Shown here: positions 36,601 to 49,894 of the stretch, in pieces
Layout of the letters: every line of letters starts with the position of its first letter
Position numbering within the stretch: the first letter of the stretch is position 1
Made by a program: the position numbers and the translations under genes
NCBI GenBank assembly: GCA_001949185.1
Contig: BDGG01000005.1
Location: 1,229,249 to 1,293,248 of the forward strand
Length of the DNA stretch: 64,000 nt
Direction of reading: 5' to 3'
Source of the DNA: Ramazzottius varieornatus
Lineage: Eukaryota > Animalia > Tardigrada
The notes under the pieces: model-generated
Told to the model about the DNA's origin: nothing
Seen by the model: only the letters and a program-made list of their open reading frames with translations
Databases searched by the model: none

Positions 36601-39600
36601 ACCGCAGACCGGTAACGTGATGGAGAGGATACTCAGTAACAAGCCAATGGCTAGGTCAGCACTGCCACCACCGAGAGGCTTGACGGAAGGAAGTAACGCG
36701 TTGAATTCACTGAGCCTCTTGGCTGGTATGCCGATGGGAAACAGGATCCAGCAAAGCTCACCGATCCAACTCGACACTTCCGGTAACTACATCAACTTTT
36801 GTGTTCCGAATTTTAACCTGTGTTATTCAAAGAATTTGCGTTCTTTTCTTGGTAAGAAAGGACTCTGCGATAGCGGATGTTGGGATGTTTTGTAGATAAT
36901 ATCAAACTTTCCGGTTGGGTTTTTTTAAGGGGAAATCGACGATGATTTAATGACGCAAGCCAGCGATGGAGCCGACGCAGAATGCAATTCTTCAACTAGC
37001 GACATGTCCGAGAAGATGCAAGATGTCGACTTGGACTTATCGGAAACTCAGCCGGAAGACGAGTCGATGGTCATGGACGAAGAAGACGATGTGGAAATTT
37101 CATCTCCCGACCCCAACAACTCTACATTGAGGTAACTGTGAAATCAGGCTCCCGATTTTTCTGATAATCTGGTGTCAAACTCTTGAGTATTTTAGTAGCG
37201 AAGATACATTCCGGATCAAGGCTAGTTTGCAAGCTCATGCCCTGAAAGTTCGCCAGGGACAATTCCTGGAAGCCATGACCAAGAATCGCTCCATCGACTA
37301 CAAGATCGACGACGTGACCAAGCCCGGCCATACTCTCCTCTGGGACCTCCTTCAAGAGAACGACCCAGGCACCGTCGCACCGGTAGTCCTCGCAGCCGCC
37401 GAACGTGAATTAGTGGGCCTGATCATCTCCAGCCAACATCCTCGCATCATCGGTCGGTTCTTCGACGCCTGTCACGAGAACGTCAAACAACACCGCGCTG
37501 TTTGTGTCTCGTTACGATTACTCTCTAAGCTAATCCAGCCTAGTCAGTTCAATCAGAAGTTAGAGAAGGTTCAACAAGTCGTTCAGCACTTCTTCGCTGA
37601 CTTGGCGCTGTTCGCTGATAACCCACCGAGAGATGAGACGAGGAAGACGGCCGAGATTAGAGTTAGACTGAACTTCCTTCAATTGGTCTTCTCTACCCAG
37701 CTGACCGATAAGAAGTTCAGGTTGAGAGTTGATGATGTCGAGGTCTTGTGGCGGTGTTTCGTGGAAAAGTTGCAGGGGCTGGATGAGATTTGTGGGTGGC
37801 TGCAGATTCAGCTGAATTGTGCGGACAGCCATGCGCTGAATGCGCAGACGGTGTACCATCTGTTCAAAGAGCACTTGGGCAAACTGAAACCGGCCAACAT
37901 GACCATCGTGGCGTTCAAACTGTACTTGTCGTGTCCGCAGTACCTGACGGGGTTGGATGTGACGGAAGGAACGAAGATGGCGCTGCCAAATGTCCAAGTC
38001 ATCAGAGGGGAGTGTGCGGACATCGCCTGGCTGTGCGCCATGTTTGGCGAGGAAAGTGTCAGCGAACACGCCATCAAGCACCTGAATAATTATTACTGTG
38101 TTCAGTGTGTGAAATCAGTGAGAGGTACGTGGTGGGATATTTTGAAGGTTAAAGATGAGTGGAATATACGAGGAAGAATAGCAATTCGACCATGGCGGAT
38201 AAGTCGGTCACCCTTGGTATGTCCACTGTGTTCGATGGGTGGCCGACTCAGTCTTTTTGCCACAAACAACCTGTTGAAAAACTATGAACTTATTCCAAGG
38301 CGTTCGAATGATGAATGTCATCCGGAGGCTCACTGATTAACACTGAGTGATTTTTTTAGAGGATAATGGAAGCGTTTTAGTCAACTACAAAGAGCAGGAG
38401 CTTTTCAGGAGATGCATGGAGTACATGACCACCGCAATGAACACTGGCTTGGGCGGAGCTCTCGAATTCCAGACCATCACTCGGTGCTTTGTCCTAATGC
38501 GTAAACACATCGAGAGCTACCGGCAGAAGTACGGCTTTCATCTGCGACTGTGGCAACTGACGGGCTCTGGAGTGCTAAGGTACATTGTAGATGTCTTTCA
38601 GTGGGACGAAGTTTGTAATGCGGTATTCTGCTTTATAGTCATCAGCCAGTGGGGTTCGCTCCGGTCATGCACGTTCGTGGCTTCTGCTACTTCCACGCAT
38701 CTTTCAACCTGGGGGATGACCGTACTGTCGACAGTACTGTGACCATGCTGTCCTCCAACACCTTTGGCGAACTGCGCGCGGAGCTGATTCATTCTTTGTG
38801 GAAGGTCTGCGCCGACAAGACTAAACCGGAACCGAAAGATCCACGTGAAGCTTTAGAACAGCTCTACAACTTTATCGACACTAGAGGTCAGTTTCAGACT
38901 TTCAGAATAAGTAGTCCTCCCCGGTATCAAAGATGAATCGAGACATGGCTTATTAGGAGCTCGGCAACAAACTCGACAAGTTTCCAGGTGGCGCATGCTT
39001 CCACGCAATCACACTGAAAGCGTACGCCACTTGGTAAAACGTCGTGGTCGTGTTTGTCTGCCCCAGTGTCGCACGTTTACAATGTTATGGGCTGAAATAG
39101 TGCGGCACTTGGAAAAGCGATCTTGTCGGTTTGCTTCCCCTCTTCAAGTCTTTGATGTTGAACTCGACCGTTCTGTTTAGGTGGTCCGATGTACATCACG
39201 CACCGAAACACAGAGTACGGTCAGGACAGTGACGAGATGACTCTCCACGAGCTTCAGCTTCGTCAAGCTGAAAGTCACATCCTGGTAACCTTCGGCAGCA
39301 GCCGAAAGCCCAAGATATCCGTCCGAGTGCCTTCGCTTCCTCCTTCGCGCGACACTATCCCGATGATCATCGCCGCGTCTGCCCAGAACTTCGAGACGTT
39401 GTTCGGTCTACAGAACCTTCTAGACGTAACCGGCGAACTGGACCCTGAGATCGAAGGCCAGCGTAAGAACGTCGCCAAGCATCTGTGGGAGTTCCTGATG
39501 ATCCTACCGACGTCAGAAGTGGTGTTGAACCACTTGAAGCTACTGCCACCCATGGACCAACCAACGAAAGAGCAATGGAAACAGATACTGCCTGCTGACG

Positions 39601-42600
39601 ACCCGCACCGACTGCTGTATGCGCTGCAGGCGCTGGACAACCTGTCGGGATATCCGGGCCTCCATGGAGCTAATGTGGTAAATGAATATTCTTCAAAAAC
39701 GCTGTGGCAGGCTGATAGTTACTGGCGATTGAACTTTAATGCGCCTCAGTTACCTCGCGAAAATTAGTGTCGTTTGAGTCCCACAAGTAGGGGCATTATC
39801 CTGTAGTCAAACCGCAGAAAAACTCCGGGAATGTATGTGCCTTTCGAACGAACGGACCTTACGATGAAACTAGAAACAGTATATTCGGTCAATGCTATTT
39901 TCGGTCAATAATTACTTCGTTTCAGGGTGATTGAATTTGTTTCTGTGCGTTAATTTGTTAGCCTGTGTTTTTTTTTACAGTTTGAGAGAGAAGTGTGTAC
40001 CAACTGGGCAGAGCAGATTATCGCTAAAGGTGGCTTTGAAAGGCTGTACGAGCTGATCCTGACACCAAGTCTGCAAGAAGCCACCGGCTCGAATGACGGA
40101 CTGGAACATCAACGAGAATGTCTGTGTGTCATCATGAAAGTATTCTACACCCTATCCATGGATAACTCCAGAAGGCAAGCAAAAGCCGAAGAAGAATCGG
40201 ATGCGTCGTCCAGCGAAAGCTCCGGAGAAGAAGTGGCTGTGGACGGCGAATCAACGAATGAATCACCTGAAACTCGAAAACGAAAGACTCGAACCAAGAG
40301 TGACGAAAAAGGTACGCTATAGAAAATCTTATCTTTGACATCAGTTTCTTTTCCTTGAAGACTTTTCATTCGTCGGCTTTTCGTGTATGCGGTTTTCTCC
40401 TCGAAACTTCGGCCGTTTTCCTACGAAGTTCTATATGCAGGAACACCTATCTGCCAGCTATAAGTTTGCACGTGTATCACGGCGTTTGACTTGACCAGTC
40501 GTTACTTGAATTCTGCTGGTTGTTACAGGTGGCACGAAGAAGGGTCGGTCGGACCAGCCCATGATACGTCCGGTGACTTTCCGTTTCAAACAGTCTGTTC
40601 TGCAAATCCTGGACACCACAGAAGTCCTCACTGCCTTGATGAAGTTCCAGTACAACAGCGTCGTACCGCTACCAGTTCCTGAACAACGAGTCTTTCGACC
40701 TCATCGCTTCATTAGGCAGCAAGTCATCAAGCTGGCTTTTGACTTCCTGGTCAACTGGGCTACTTGGAACCCTCTCCTCATTCCCGCTCTCAGCAAGCAC
40801 GAATTCCTCACCGAATGGATACGACGACTAGCCCTCGAATCTGTCGATTCCCAGGTTACTCTCGGTATGATAACAATCTCTCCTCACTGGTTTTTTTCTC
40901 TTCTAGACATTCTTTATATTTCTAGAAACGTGCATGTTCATCGAACGCATGTGCAGAATGGAGCCCGACTACGAGCTGTCATGTGCTCTGCTGATTCCGT
41001 TGGTTGCTTTAATGCCGGTGGCTGAAGGCCTGAAGTGTCTCAGACCATCGGGAAGAGATGACAAGTTTCCGATGAAACCGTCCTCGCGACACTTTTACGA
41101 GTCGCTGTCGAAGCTGCTCGAGATCATCCCTAAGCCAGTCGCGATGGATAAGGTAGACTTGGACTCGTTGTGTGCTCAGATCGCCGTCTCGCTGGAGAAC
41201 AGGCCGATCCATGAGCCAAGGAGCGGCTGCTACGAAGATGATGGCTTGATCGGCTTGCTGAAAGTGGCCACACAGGTACAGTCACTTCAGTGAACTTAAC
41301 CAAACAGTAAATCTTACATTCTGTCAAAAATGGAAAATCTATTTTTGGACCACGAGGTAAACGACATAATTCGGGCATACAGTCCTACCTGTGAGATGTG
41401 ACAGTTCAAAGACGCCCGTGATGCACAACGCTCTGTCGTTTTCAAACCTATCGATACCTCGAGGAAAGGGATCATTCTACCTCACGAAACAACAAGTAAT
41501 TCATTACGCGCAGCAGGAGCTGAGATAAAATATGCCCAAATAACAAGTGGAAAACCACTCTGCCCGAATTATGTCGTTTACCTCGTAGATAAGTTGCTTT
41601 TCTTGTGCTAATCCATCGAGAATTTCAACATAAGATATTATACCAAAGGCTCTGTGGCCCAATGGTTAAGGCGCCTGACTACGAATCAGGAGATTCCGCG
41701 TTCGACTCGCGGCAGAGTCACTTTTTGCGTTTTTACGTTTCCCCTTGATGCTCCACTCTGCTTTACTCGCGCAGTAGCCCATTGACTTTGAATAAGATAA
41801 TGCGCAAGTAATGTTCCCCACCGCGGTTACTTATTTTTTTACTGCTCTCTCGGTCACTCTGGGATAGTCGTTGATTTTTTCTCACGTCAACGTCAACTCG
41901 CGCACTATCGTACAGCATCCCTATAAGATGTTGCGCGAACTGTGTGAAGAGGGTGCGTAGCTCTTCAGTAGAAGGGCGCCTCTCTTTTACAGTAATCAGG
42001 AAAGTGCGGGTTCGACCCCACCGCAGCCAGCGTTTGCTTTTTTTCGTAAACCGAGTAGGAAATATCGTGTTCAAAAATGTTGTTATATAATATACTCTGC
42101 AGGTGCTGTCCCACAATCCGGTGTTCAAATCAAAGTCCAGCGGCCAGAAGCTCCTCTTAACGATCCACAGCCTCCTGTTCGACCTCCCAACTTTGAAGAA
42201 CCGTGACTTACCGAAATGCAAGTCACAAGCTTCCCGAATGGCTGGGTACACCTGCCTGATCGAGATTGTGAGAAATGTCACGGACAATTTCATCTCGCTC
42301 GGTAGACTTTTGCTGAAGGATGAACTGGAACGCTCATGTCAGTTGTGGGACTACTGGCCCAGAGACGACACCCGAGCTGACTGCGGCTATGTTGGCATTA
42401 ACAACCTGGGTACTGAACATGAATTCTTAAAAACTATTTACTGTGGAATATAATTAACCGACGTTGTTTTTAAGGTGCGACGTGTTACATGGCCACAACT
42501 ATGCAGCATCTCTACATGATTCCCGAAGTGCGGAAGACGGTTCTGGAAGCTCAGCCCAACGAAGGAAAGAGTGCATCGGCGAATGCTTTGGGCGAAATGC

Positions 42601-45600
42601 AGAGAATGTTCGCTTTTCTGTTAGACAGTGAACGGAAGGCATACAGTCCAGATCCCTTCTGTAGAGTGTATGAGATGAACAACCAACCCCTGAACCCCAC
42701 CGAACAGAAGGACATGATGGAGTACTTTTCAGACCTGGTGACCAAGATGGAGGACATGTCGCCCAGTATGAAGGAGATGGTACGCAGGCTATTCACCGGC
42801 AAGAACTGCAACACTGTGGTCTCGCTGGACTGTGGGCATGTTAGTCAGACCACGGAAGACTTCACGACGGTTAGGTGTCAGGTCAACAACATGAGAAACT
42901 TGTACGAGTCGCTGAATGACGTCTGCGTGAAAGATGTGCTGGAAGGAAACAACATGTACCGGTGTGGACAGTGTAACCGGGAAGTGCGAGCGGAGAAACG
43001 AGCGTGTTTCAGATCCCTCCCGGAAATTCTGGTTCTTAATACGCTAAGGTGATTTGAGCAGTTAGTGGTTTTGTGAAACATCTTCTGAACTTTCCAAGCG
43101 TTTGAAATTGTTAATGTAAAAGGTCGGGAGAGCGAAACTAGTAAATTCCATGTACCTGAATACAGTCAGTCATGCATATGCGATGATGCGCGAGTATGCA
43201 GGTAGTTAAAGTTTCTTGCTACGGCATTTTACCGTCCAACATAATACTTTTTACTTCTTTCGTTCACAGGTATACCTTCAACATGATAACGATGCAAAGG
43301 GAGAAAGTCAACACCCACTTTACCTTCCCGCTGAAGCTTGACATGTCTTCGTACATGGAAGAGAACATCTACCGAAAAGAAGGCACTCCGGTGAACAATG
43401 ACCAGTACAACTACGAGCTGATCGGTGTGACGGTCCACACCGGTACCGCTGACGGTGGGCATTACTACAGCTTCATTCGGGACCTAGAGTCGGGCGAAGA
43501 CGACCGGTGGTGCCTATTCAACGACGCTGAAGTCCGTCAGTTCGACCCTGACCAGCTGGGAGACGAGTGCTTTGGCGGGGAACAGCACAAACAGTTCGAA
43601 CATCCTTCCGATCGATTTTTGGACTTTGGACTGGAGAAAACCAACAGCGCTTACATGGTTTTCTATCAACGCACCGAAAAGGTGAGTTCAGAGTTTTTGT
43701 CGTTTTTGCTGTCGTTCCCATCTGAATCTGTATTGCAAACGCCCGTCAGGGCCTGAAAATCTGACGGACCAGACTATGTGGCCAGGGAAGCCTGAAAAAA
43801 ATCTCATGGACCAGCTTGGAGGCCCCCTCTGATACCAGGGGTCCTCCAACTGGACCCCCAGTATAAATGTGGACCCCTATGTTAAATTGCCCCGAAATCT
43901 CGTGGACCGAGACTCGCTTTTACCATTGTGGGGCGGAGAATCTCATGGACCGCGGGTCCACAAGGAGACTGGCTGACGCACGCTTGCAGTGTATTGTTTA
44001 GGAGGTTGACTACTGCAATGCGTAGGAATTTGCCGTTTCTTCTACGATATTTTGTGATTTTTTCAGGTTCGTGATCAGCTTGCAGCAGGCAAGATTCAAC
44101 CGAACATTCCGAAAGATCTCCAAAAGTGGGTCTTCGACGACACAGTGACCTTCATCCACGACACGAACATCTTCGATCGGCAATACTTTGAGTTCATCTA
44201 CAAGCTGTGCGCCACCATTCCCGGCTCCATTCCGGCCAAGGACCACGCAGAAGCCATGTCGCTGTCAGGCCAACTTGGCATCAGCTTCATGTGGGAAACA
44301 CTGGTCCACGCTCGCGACCGACTCTTACTGAACAGCTTCTTGGACCTGATGAGCAAAGTCGCACTCGTGCAGCCTTCAGGTATCAACTCTACTTTCTCTA
44401 TGTGTCATCAGAACACTGGATCAGCACACTGGATCTATTTTAGTGGTCGAATGGTTCTTTCATCATCTGGTCGATGACGCTCGTTGGCTGACGACCATCC
44501 TCGTAGCCTGTCCTACAGCGATGATTCGCTATACGTTTCAACGCTTTGTGGTTAACTTCTTCCAGCGACTGCGCAGCCAGCATCAGTACCTGCTGGAATT
44601 CTACACGCACGACACAGCGGGTTTCGGTCTGCTGCATCTCGTTGGGAAGTTTTGTCGGCAGTGTCTTTTACTCCTGAACGACAACGAAGTTCGGTAAATT
44701 TCTTGAAGCAGCATTCTTAACACACAACGGCAATCTCGAATTTTAGGCAAATATTCTCTTTTCGTCATAGGATGCACTGGAGGAACTGTTCGGACTTGTT
44801 CCTTGTCCTCTTCGAGTTCGCCAAGATCGGTGTGACCGAAGCGTGGTTCCTTCTGGTAAACGGGCTCTTCACAGTCTGTTACCACTTCTACATCCACGTT
44901 CGACGCTTGAAGGACTCGGCTTCTCCCACCTTTGGTCCCTTTAACCTGACGGCCAACATCCTGGAGATTGTCATGCTGAGTGCGGAGGAAGCCGACAACT
45001 CGGATCGCTTCTCGCCCGAGCTGGACAAGGACAAGCCTACGGCGCTCACCCACATGGTTCGTCTGCTGAAGCTGTGCATTGAAGCCTTTCAGTTTAACGT
45101 CTTCAACTGCAAACACCTCCATCTCAAGAACGAACACGCATCGCCGTCACCACCTGATCCGCATGTGCTGGCTTCGACGCACGGCGACATCGAGGTACAT
45201 ATTAACACAATAATCACATAGGAAAGCAAGCTCGACAAGATTGCTTTTTTCAAGTGGCGCACACGCTCAGCTACTTGGACGGAAAAAGTGCGCCACTTGG
45301 GGATAGCGATGTTATCTAGTGAGTTTGTTTGCCGAGCATGCAACTTTGGATAATTTCTTTCTGGTTCTTCTTCTGTAGCAGTTTGTTGGTGTGGTCAGCG
45401 ATGGTGAACAGCTCGACTTTGTCTGCGGGCTGATCCGAGATGGTGTGGAACCTGTCCAGACGCCTCGGTTGGCCGCCGTGTTGTACTTCGACAAGCCCGA
45501 AAAGGCTCGACTCGCTGTCCACTACATCATCCAGAATATTATCGACCTGAGCTTGGCTGCTCAAGAAGTGAATGTCGGCAAGAAGGAACGCGACAAAGAC

Positions 45601-48283
45601 ATGCAGGTATGTATCAGGAAGTTAATTGTGCAGATCCTTGTTACACTGGAGTGTTTTCTGTCCTTGTAGGTCAGAGCGTACCTGAATGCGCTGGCAGAAA
45701 CGATCAAGTATGGAACATCATGCGGCACAAGCCTGTCACAGAACGGGACAATTCCGCCAGAATTCATGCCGGAGGTGCCGAGGTACGCGGCGTACTTGTT
45801 GGAGAGAACAGAGAACCTGATCATGGCGTGCCCCATTACGGTCATCCAGTGGTTGTCGGACCACGCAGCAAAGATCGACGAGCTGAAGCAATGGTGCTTT
45901 GACCATATGGACTGGATACTGGAACAGTACGGTGTCTCCATCGGCAAGCCGGTAAGCACCAAGTACAATCTCACGGAAACATTCCAGTCATTTTTGGTCT
46001 GTTTGTTAGCCTTCCGCCCAAAGAGACGATCTGCAGATCGAAGTAGCTCGGCTGATCGTCACCCTTTCCTGTGATACTAAGCTCAAGGATCTCTTCGGCG
46101 CATACCCACAAGGCATCTTGTACTCAGCCGTAAAGGAGAAGTTTCCCAACATCGTTACTGCTCGTGACAAGTTCACCTGGCCGTTGCCGGATGAGCAGCA
46201 CCAGTGGATCTGCTCGCTGATCAACAAGGTCCTCTCTTTCTTCGATAAGCTCTGCGTCCAGTACCCGGCTATTCTGGATCCAGAAGTATCCACGGAGTCG
46301 TACCAATGGATACTCTTCGCTGTCCAGTTCCTTCTCATCGACGACCGCGAAAAAGTAAGTCTATGACACAAACCGAGTAATCTCATAAACCTACGTACGT
46401 GCGGAGCTTAGTAGTTGTGGGACAACGTGTACGTAGGTTCTTGAGAGACACTGCCAACCGAATCTCTGCCTTTCTTCCACAGCTTCACCACACGATTGAT
46501 GACAATGTTTTCGGTTGCTTGCTAACTTCTCGATGTTTCGTTCGTGCAGACGGAAGTTCTCTTCGGTGCCGAAGACCAACACCTCGTCACTCTTCGGAAG
46601 CTCCTTCTCTCACAAATGTCGCCCTTGGCTCGTCACGGCGGTAACCGTCAAGCTTTACTCCAGCTACTCGCTGCAGTCTGCCACGGAGACGACGAAAAGA
46701 TCACAGAGACCGTTGTGCAAGACAAAGAACTTCTCGTCTGTCTTCTGTCGGACATCGAGCTTCGTCCCAATGAAGAACCAGTCATCTTGGAAAGAGAAGG
46801 CAGAACGACAGGGGCGCTGTTGTGTCTGTTAGAACAGCTCTGTTCGAACAACGTCGAGTTCCTGACGGCCATGGCTAAAGATTCGAGACTGTTGTCTAAG
46901 CTGAGAAAAGGTATGCATCTGAAGCTTTACGAGATGTGCAAGAGGCCCATGATGTCCTTGGTGAGTATTCTGATCAAGAACACGCCGGAAGGTGGCGGAG
47001 AAGCCTTTCGAAAGCAGATGCTGGACTTGATCATTTCGGTCAGGACCCAGTGGCCGAATAGCCTCATCATCGCCAACCAACTGGCAAGAAGGATCGTCGA
47101 TGGTGCGCCCGAAGAATTTCAGGTGAGGCGAAAAAGTTACCCGTAGCTCTGCCCGTAGAAACCACCGCTGTGTACTGTGTGTGATAAGCCAATTATGTTA
47201 TGTGTAACGGCAGGCTTGTGGCTTCGTATTGGTGAGCCACAGAACATCAATCAAATTTGAGCAGCACGCAGCTTATAGTACACGTCTGTTTCATCCAGAG
47301 GATGACTTGAAAAAGGAAGATTCGATTCGGGAATCAGGTTTTGTTGAATTGTTTTGACATGAGAATACTTGTAATGAAATTCTCCATTGGAAGCTGTGAA
47401 GAAACAGAGGTAGTTTGAACAGTTTCGTTTATAAAATTGGATCGGAAAATGTGGGTATCAATGAGGGCTTAATACGGTGTAGGTTTTATACAAGACATCC
47501 CTCGACATTAGCAACTCATACTTACCTGGACCCGAGATTGTGGCGATCAAGTAGGCCCAACTCTCTCCTGAGTGATCCCATTGCACTTTCGGGGTTATGA
47601 CGGAGGACTCTTCGGACACACGTCCGGGGCAGTGGGTCAGAATTTTTGATAGTTGGGGGACTGCGTTCGCGCTATCCCCCTCTTATTAACCAAAGAAAGG
47701 GGACTGGGCGGGGAAGCAGCTTTCGCTTGGCGCAGTTTGCTCGTACAATATGGCTATACTATGCGCGAGCTTAACGGGGTATCCCGTCTGCCATAACTCG
47801 CGCACTGCACATGAACTCGCGCACAGTGCGCGAGTTTAACGGGGCTGCTAGACTAGGAACCCGTGTGCTTCACACGAGAAGTGGTGCATGCAGTATAGGC
47901 TTAGACGCGAAGGCGGTCTGTTACGTAGGGATGGTTGATACTTGGTCTTGACTGGGCTTGTGTTGCAGTTGTATGCCATCGAAAACAAGATGATGAACAT
48001 GTTGACGGAGAACTTTCGGACAAACTACACGGCTGTGAACAAAGCCTTGACGTTCATGTACGACGAAGCGACCTGGTCCTTGACCATGCTGAGAAGGCTG
48101 AAGACTTTAGCAGCCGCCAAAGCCGAAACTTCTGGTCCCATCATGGAAGCCCTTCAGAACTGGACAGTGCTGGCGCGGACAATGGGTCGGGAAATGCAGC
48201 TAGACATTCTGGCCATTGTGGAAGGAAGTGGTCCGGTAGAGCTCAATCAGCGCAATGTGATCGCTCCACGAACACGGCGCTGA
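33658..48283 (+). CDS. USP34: Ubiquitin carboxyl-terminal hydrolase 34-like (puffyeye-like), many exons
   Basis: Cys box GYVGINNLG|ATCYMATTMQHLYM, QKDMMEYF, YRCGQC, His box YELIGVTVHTGTADGGHYYSFIRD, FNDAEV, KTNSAYM. N-terminal CAGCEE and HTLLWDLLQ, LTLRLVGL motifs fit USP34. Confidence 0.88.
38957..39140. repeat. Intronic palindrome family A, double copy (USP34)
   Basis: GAGCTCGGCAACAAACTCGACAAG..CAGGTGGCGCA..CGCCACTTGG and CAGTGTCGCAC..GTGCGGCACTTGG..GATCTTGTCG. Confidence 0.85.
41353..41585. mobile_element. Mariner-type MITE in USP34 intron
   Basis: Perfect TIR CGAGGTAAACGACATAATTCGGGCA / TGCCCGAATTATGTCGTTTACCTCG. TA on the right, CA on the left. Confidence 0.8.
41648..41720 (+). tRNA. 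tRNA-Arg(ACG), intronic in USP34
   Basis: 73 nt. Acceptor GGCTCTG/CAGAGTC, D-loop AATGGTTA, anticodon arm CCTGA-CTACGAA-TCAGG, T-arm CCGCG-TTCGACT-CGCGG, followed by a T-run. Confidence 0.95.
41951..42029 (+). pseudogene. Degenerate tRNA-like sequence
   Basis: GGGTGCG..CGCAGCC acceptor-like stem, A-box-like TAGCTC, B-box GGTTCGACCCC, downstream T-run. Anticodon arm does not pair. Confidence 0.45.
43730..43992. repeat. Intronic MITE-like element with internal (T)GGACC repeats
   Basis: Imperfect termini TTGCAAACGCCCGTCAG / CTGACGCACGCTTGCAG. About 6 GGACC units, several as ATCTC(A/G)TGGACC. Confidence 0.5.
45221..45338. repeat. Intronic palindrome family A (USP34)
   Basis: CTCGACAAGATTGC..CAAGTGGCGCAC(45251)-N25-GTGCGCCACTTG..GAGTTTGTTTGCCGAGC. 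Confidence 0.88.
47518..47681 (+). ncRNA. U1: U1 snRNA gene in the last USP34 intron
   Basis: 5' ATACTTACCTGG, SL1 loop GATCAAGTAG, SL2 loop ATTGCAC, GACCC/GGGTC closing helix, Sm site AATTTTTG, SL4 GGGGGACTGCGTTCGCGCTATCCCCC; about 164 nt. Confidence 0.93.
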
Positions 48284-49894
48284 AGTCCCTTTTTATCCGC
48301 TCTTGTAGTACTATAGCTTTTGGTGCTTGCTTGCCAGTCCTCTTTATTCTTCTCGGTACAACGATAAAACGATGGATGGAATTTGGCTGTGTTAGAAATT
48401 TGTTGGTTGGAAGTTTTCTCTTGGCGTTCCTTTTTTTATGGTGTTAGAGAGAAGAGATTCAAGTTTCATGCTTTGCTGTGCAGCTTCTGGTGGAAGCGGC
48501 TTTTTGTAGACTGTTTCTTGTGTACAAAGCGCGACCGCGACTTCTGCTTTCACATTGCTCTGGATTTTCTGACAATTCTTTCTTGTTCGGTTTCGGTCCG
48601 CGTTCGGGCTTTGTATCACATTAATATCCATTCCATAATTTGATGTCTTGATATTAACATATGACGGCGCTGCTGTGAAAGGTTGGTCCATTGTGACGAC
48701 GAGTCTGGATTACCGTGCGAGGTCGACGTATTTTCGGCTTTGTTGTGGAAAACAGTAAGAATTCCGCAGAATTCAGTAGTCGCGTATGTCCGCTTTGTTC
48801 TTCGTTCAGCCCTTTATCTTGTGCCCTTAGGCTTCTTTATCGTAGCCGGATTCTCCAACAAGGGTCCATGCGCAGTGTCCGTCTAACATCCGAGTTTCGT
48901 AACACAGTGGGCAACATTCACTGGAAAAAGACGTCATGTGCTAATTTTGGCAGGAGCCGATCACTTTCCTGATAGTGACATATAGACGGGTGATCTATAT
49001 TTTCACGACGGCTCGAGATGGGTGTCGCCATTGTGTACTGGATGGATTTCGACGAGCTTGCAAACGGGAGGAACCGCCTGCAAGTCTTGGTGACAGAATG
49101 TATAAAGCCTTTGGTATCGGACCTTCCCGTTGTTAAATACTCAATCTGTACGGCGAAAATGGTGCCCTCATCCCTGTATTCGTTCTGCATCGTCTTAGAA
49201 ATTTTTACAAGTGAGTGAAGCGATTGTTTTCGAATGAATAGCTTGGAGGAATTGACTAAAAGCGTTCAACGTGGAATTCCAGAATAACAAATGCTGTTGG
49301 TTTCCAGAATCGTATTTTTGGGACATAGAACAGAAGCTGGAAAACCAATATTTCGAATGGGAGACAATTGGGAAACGATTGGCTTTCGGGTCGTCTACAC
49401 CACTAAAGCAACCGGTACGTAAGACCACTGCAGCACGATCGTCGATACCATCCTGAAATTACGTACAGCCTGCATGTGTAATTTATAACGTGAAGGGGGT
49501 TTTTCTACAGAAAGCCATTGGAATGGCTGCCGGTCCAACGACACGCGCAAATTGCAAGAGGACATCCTTGACGGCCAGTCCATACCAAATCGTTCCATCG
49601 GACACTCCCAATATGGTGCGAAGGGGGACCTCAAAACGCCGGCGAACCTGAAATTCTCGAACTTGACTGTTATTCTGGCAGTATTTCTTGTTCACGGATT
49701 TTCAGGATACTACATATAACAGCACGATGTACTTGTAGCGACCTTGACAGAGGGTGAGAAATAAAAATCCAAACTTGTCCTAACATATAAGAAGCCCACC
49801 CCAGAATGCTATTCGTTAATTAGGTTATTGAGTGAGAAGCATGAGGTTAATTGAGGGTTATAACAAGTCATGTGCAGGAACTAACTAAGACTTC

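Noticed and set aside
37560-38081. Long antisense ORFs over exons (also e.g. 942..1601, 44601..45137)
   Set aside because: Shadow frames from codon bias, with no motifs.
8574-47681. U2AF1 + Argonaute + U1 as a functional RNA-processing cluster
   Set aside because: Interspersed with unrelated genes; no evidence beyond proximity.
47740-47850. CTCGCGCAC/GTGCGCGAG short repeats downstream of U1
   Set aside because: Too short and single-locus to assign as an element or U1 3' signal.
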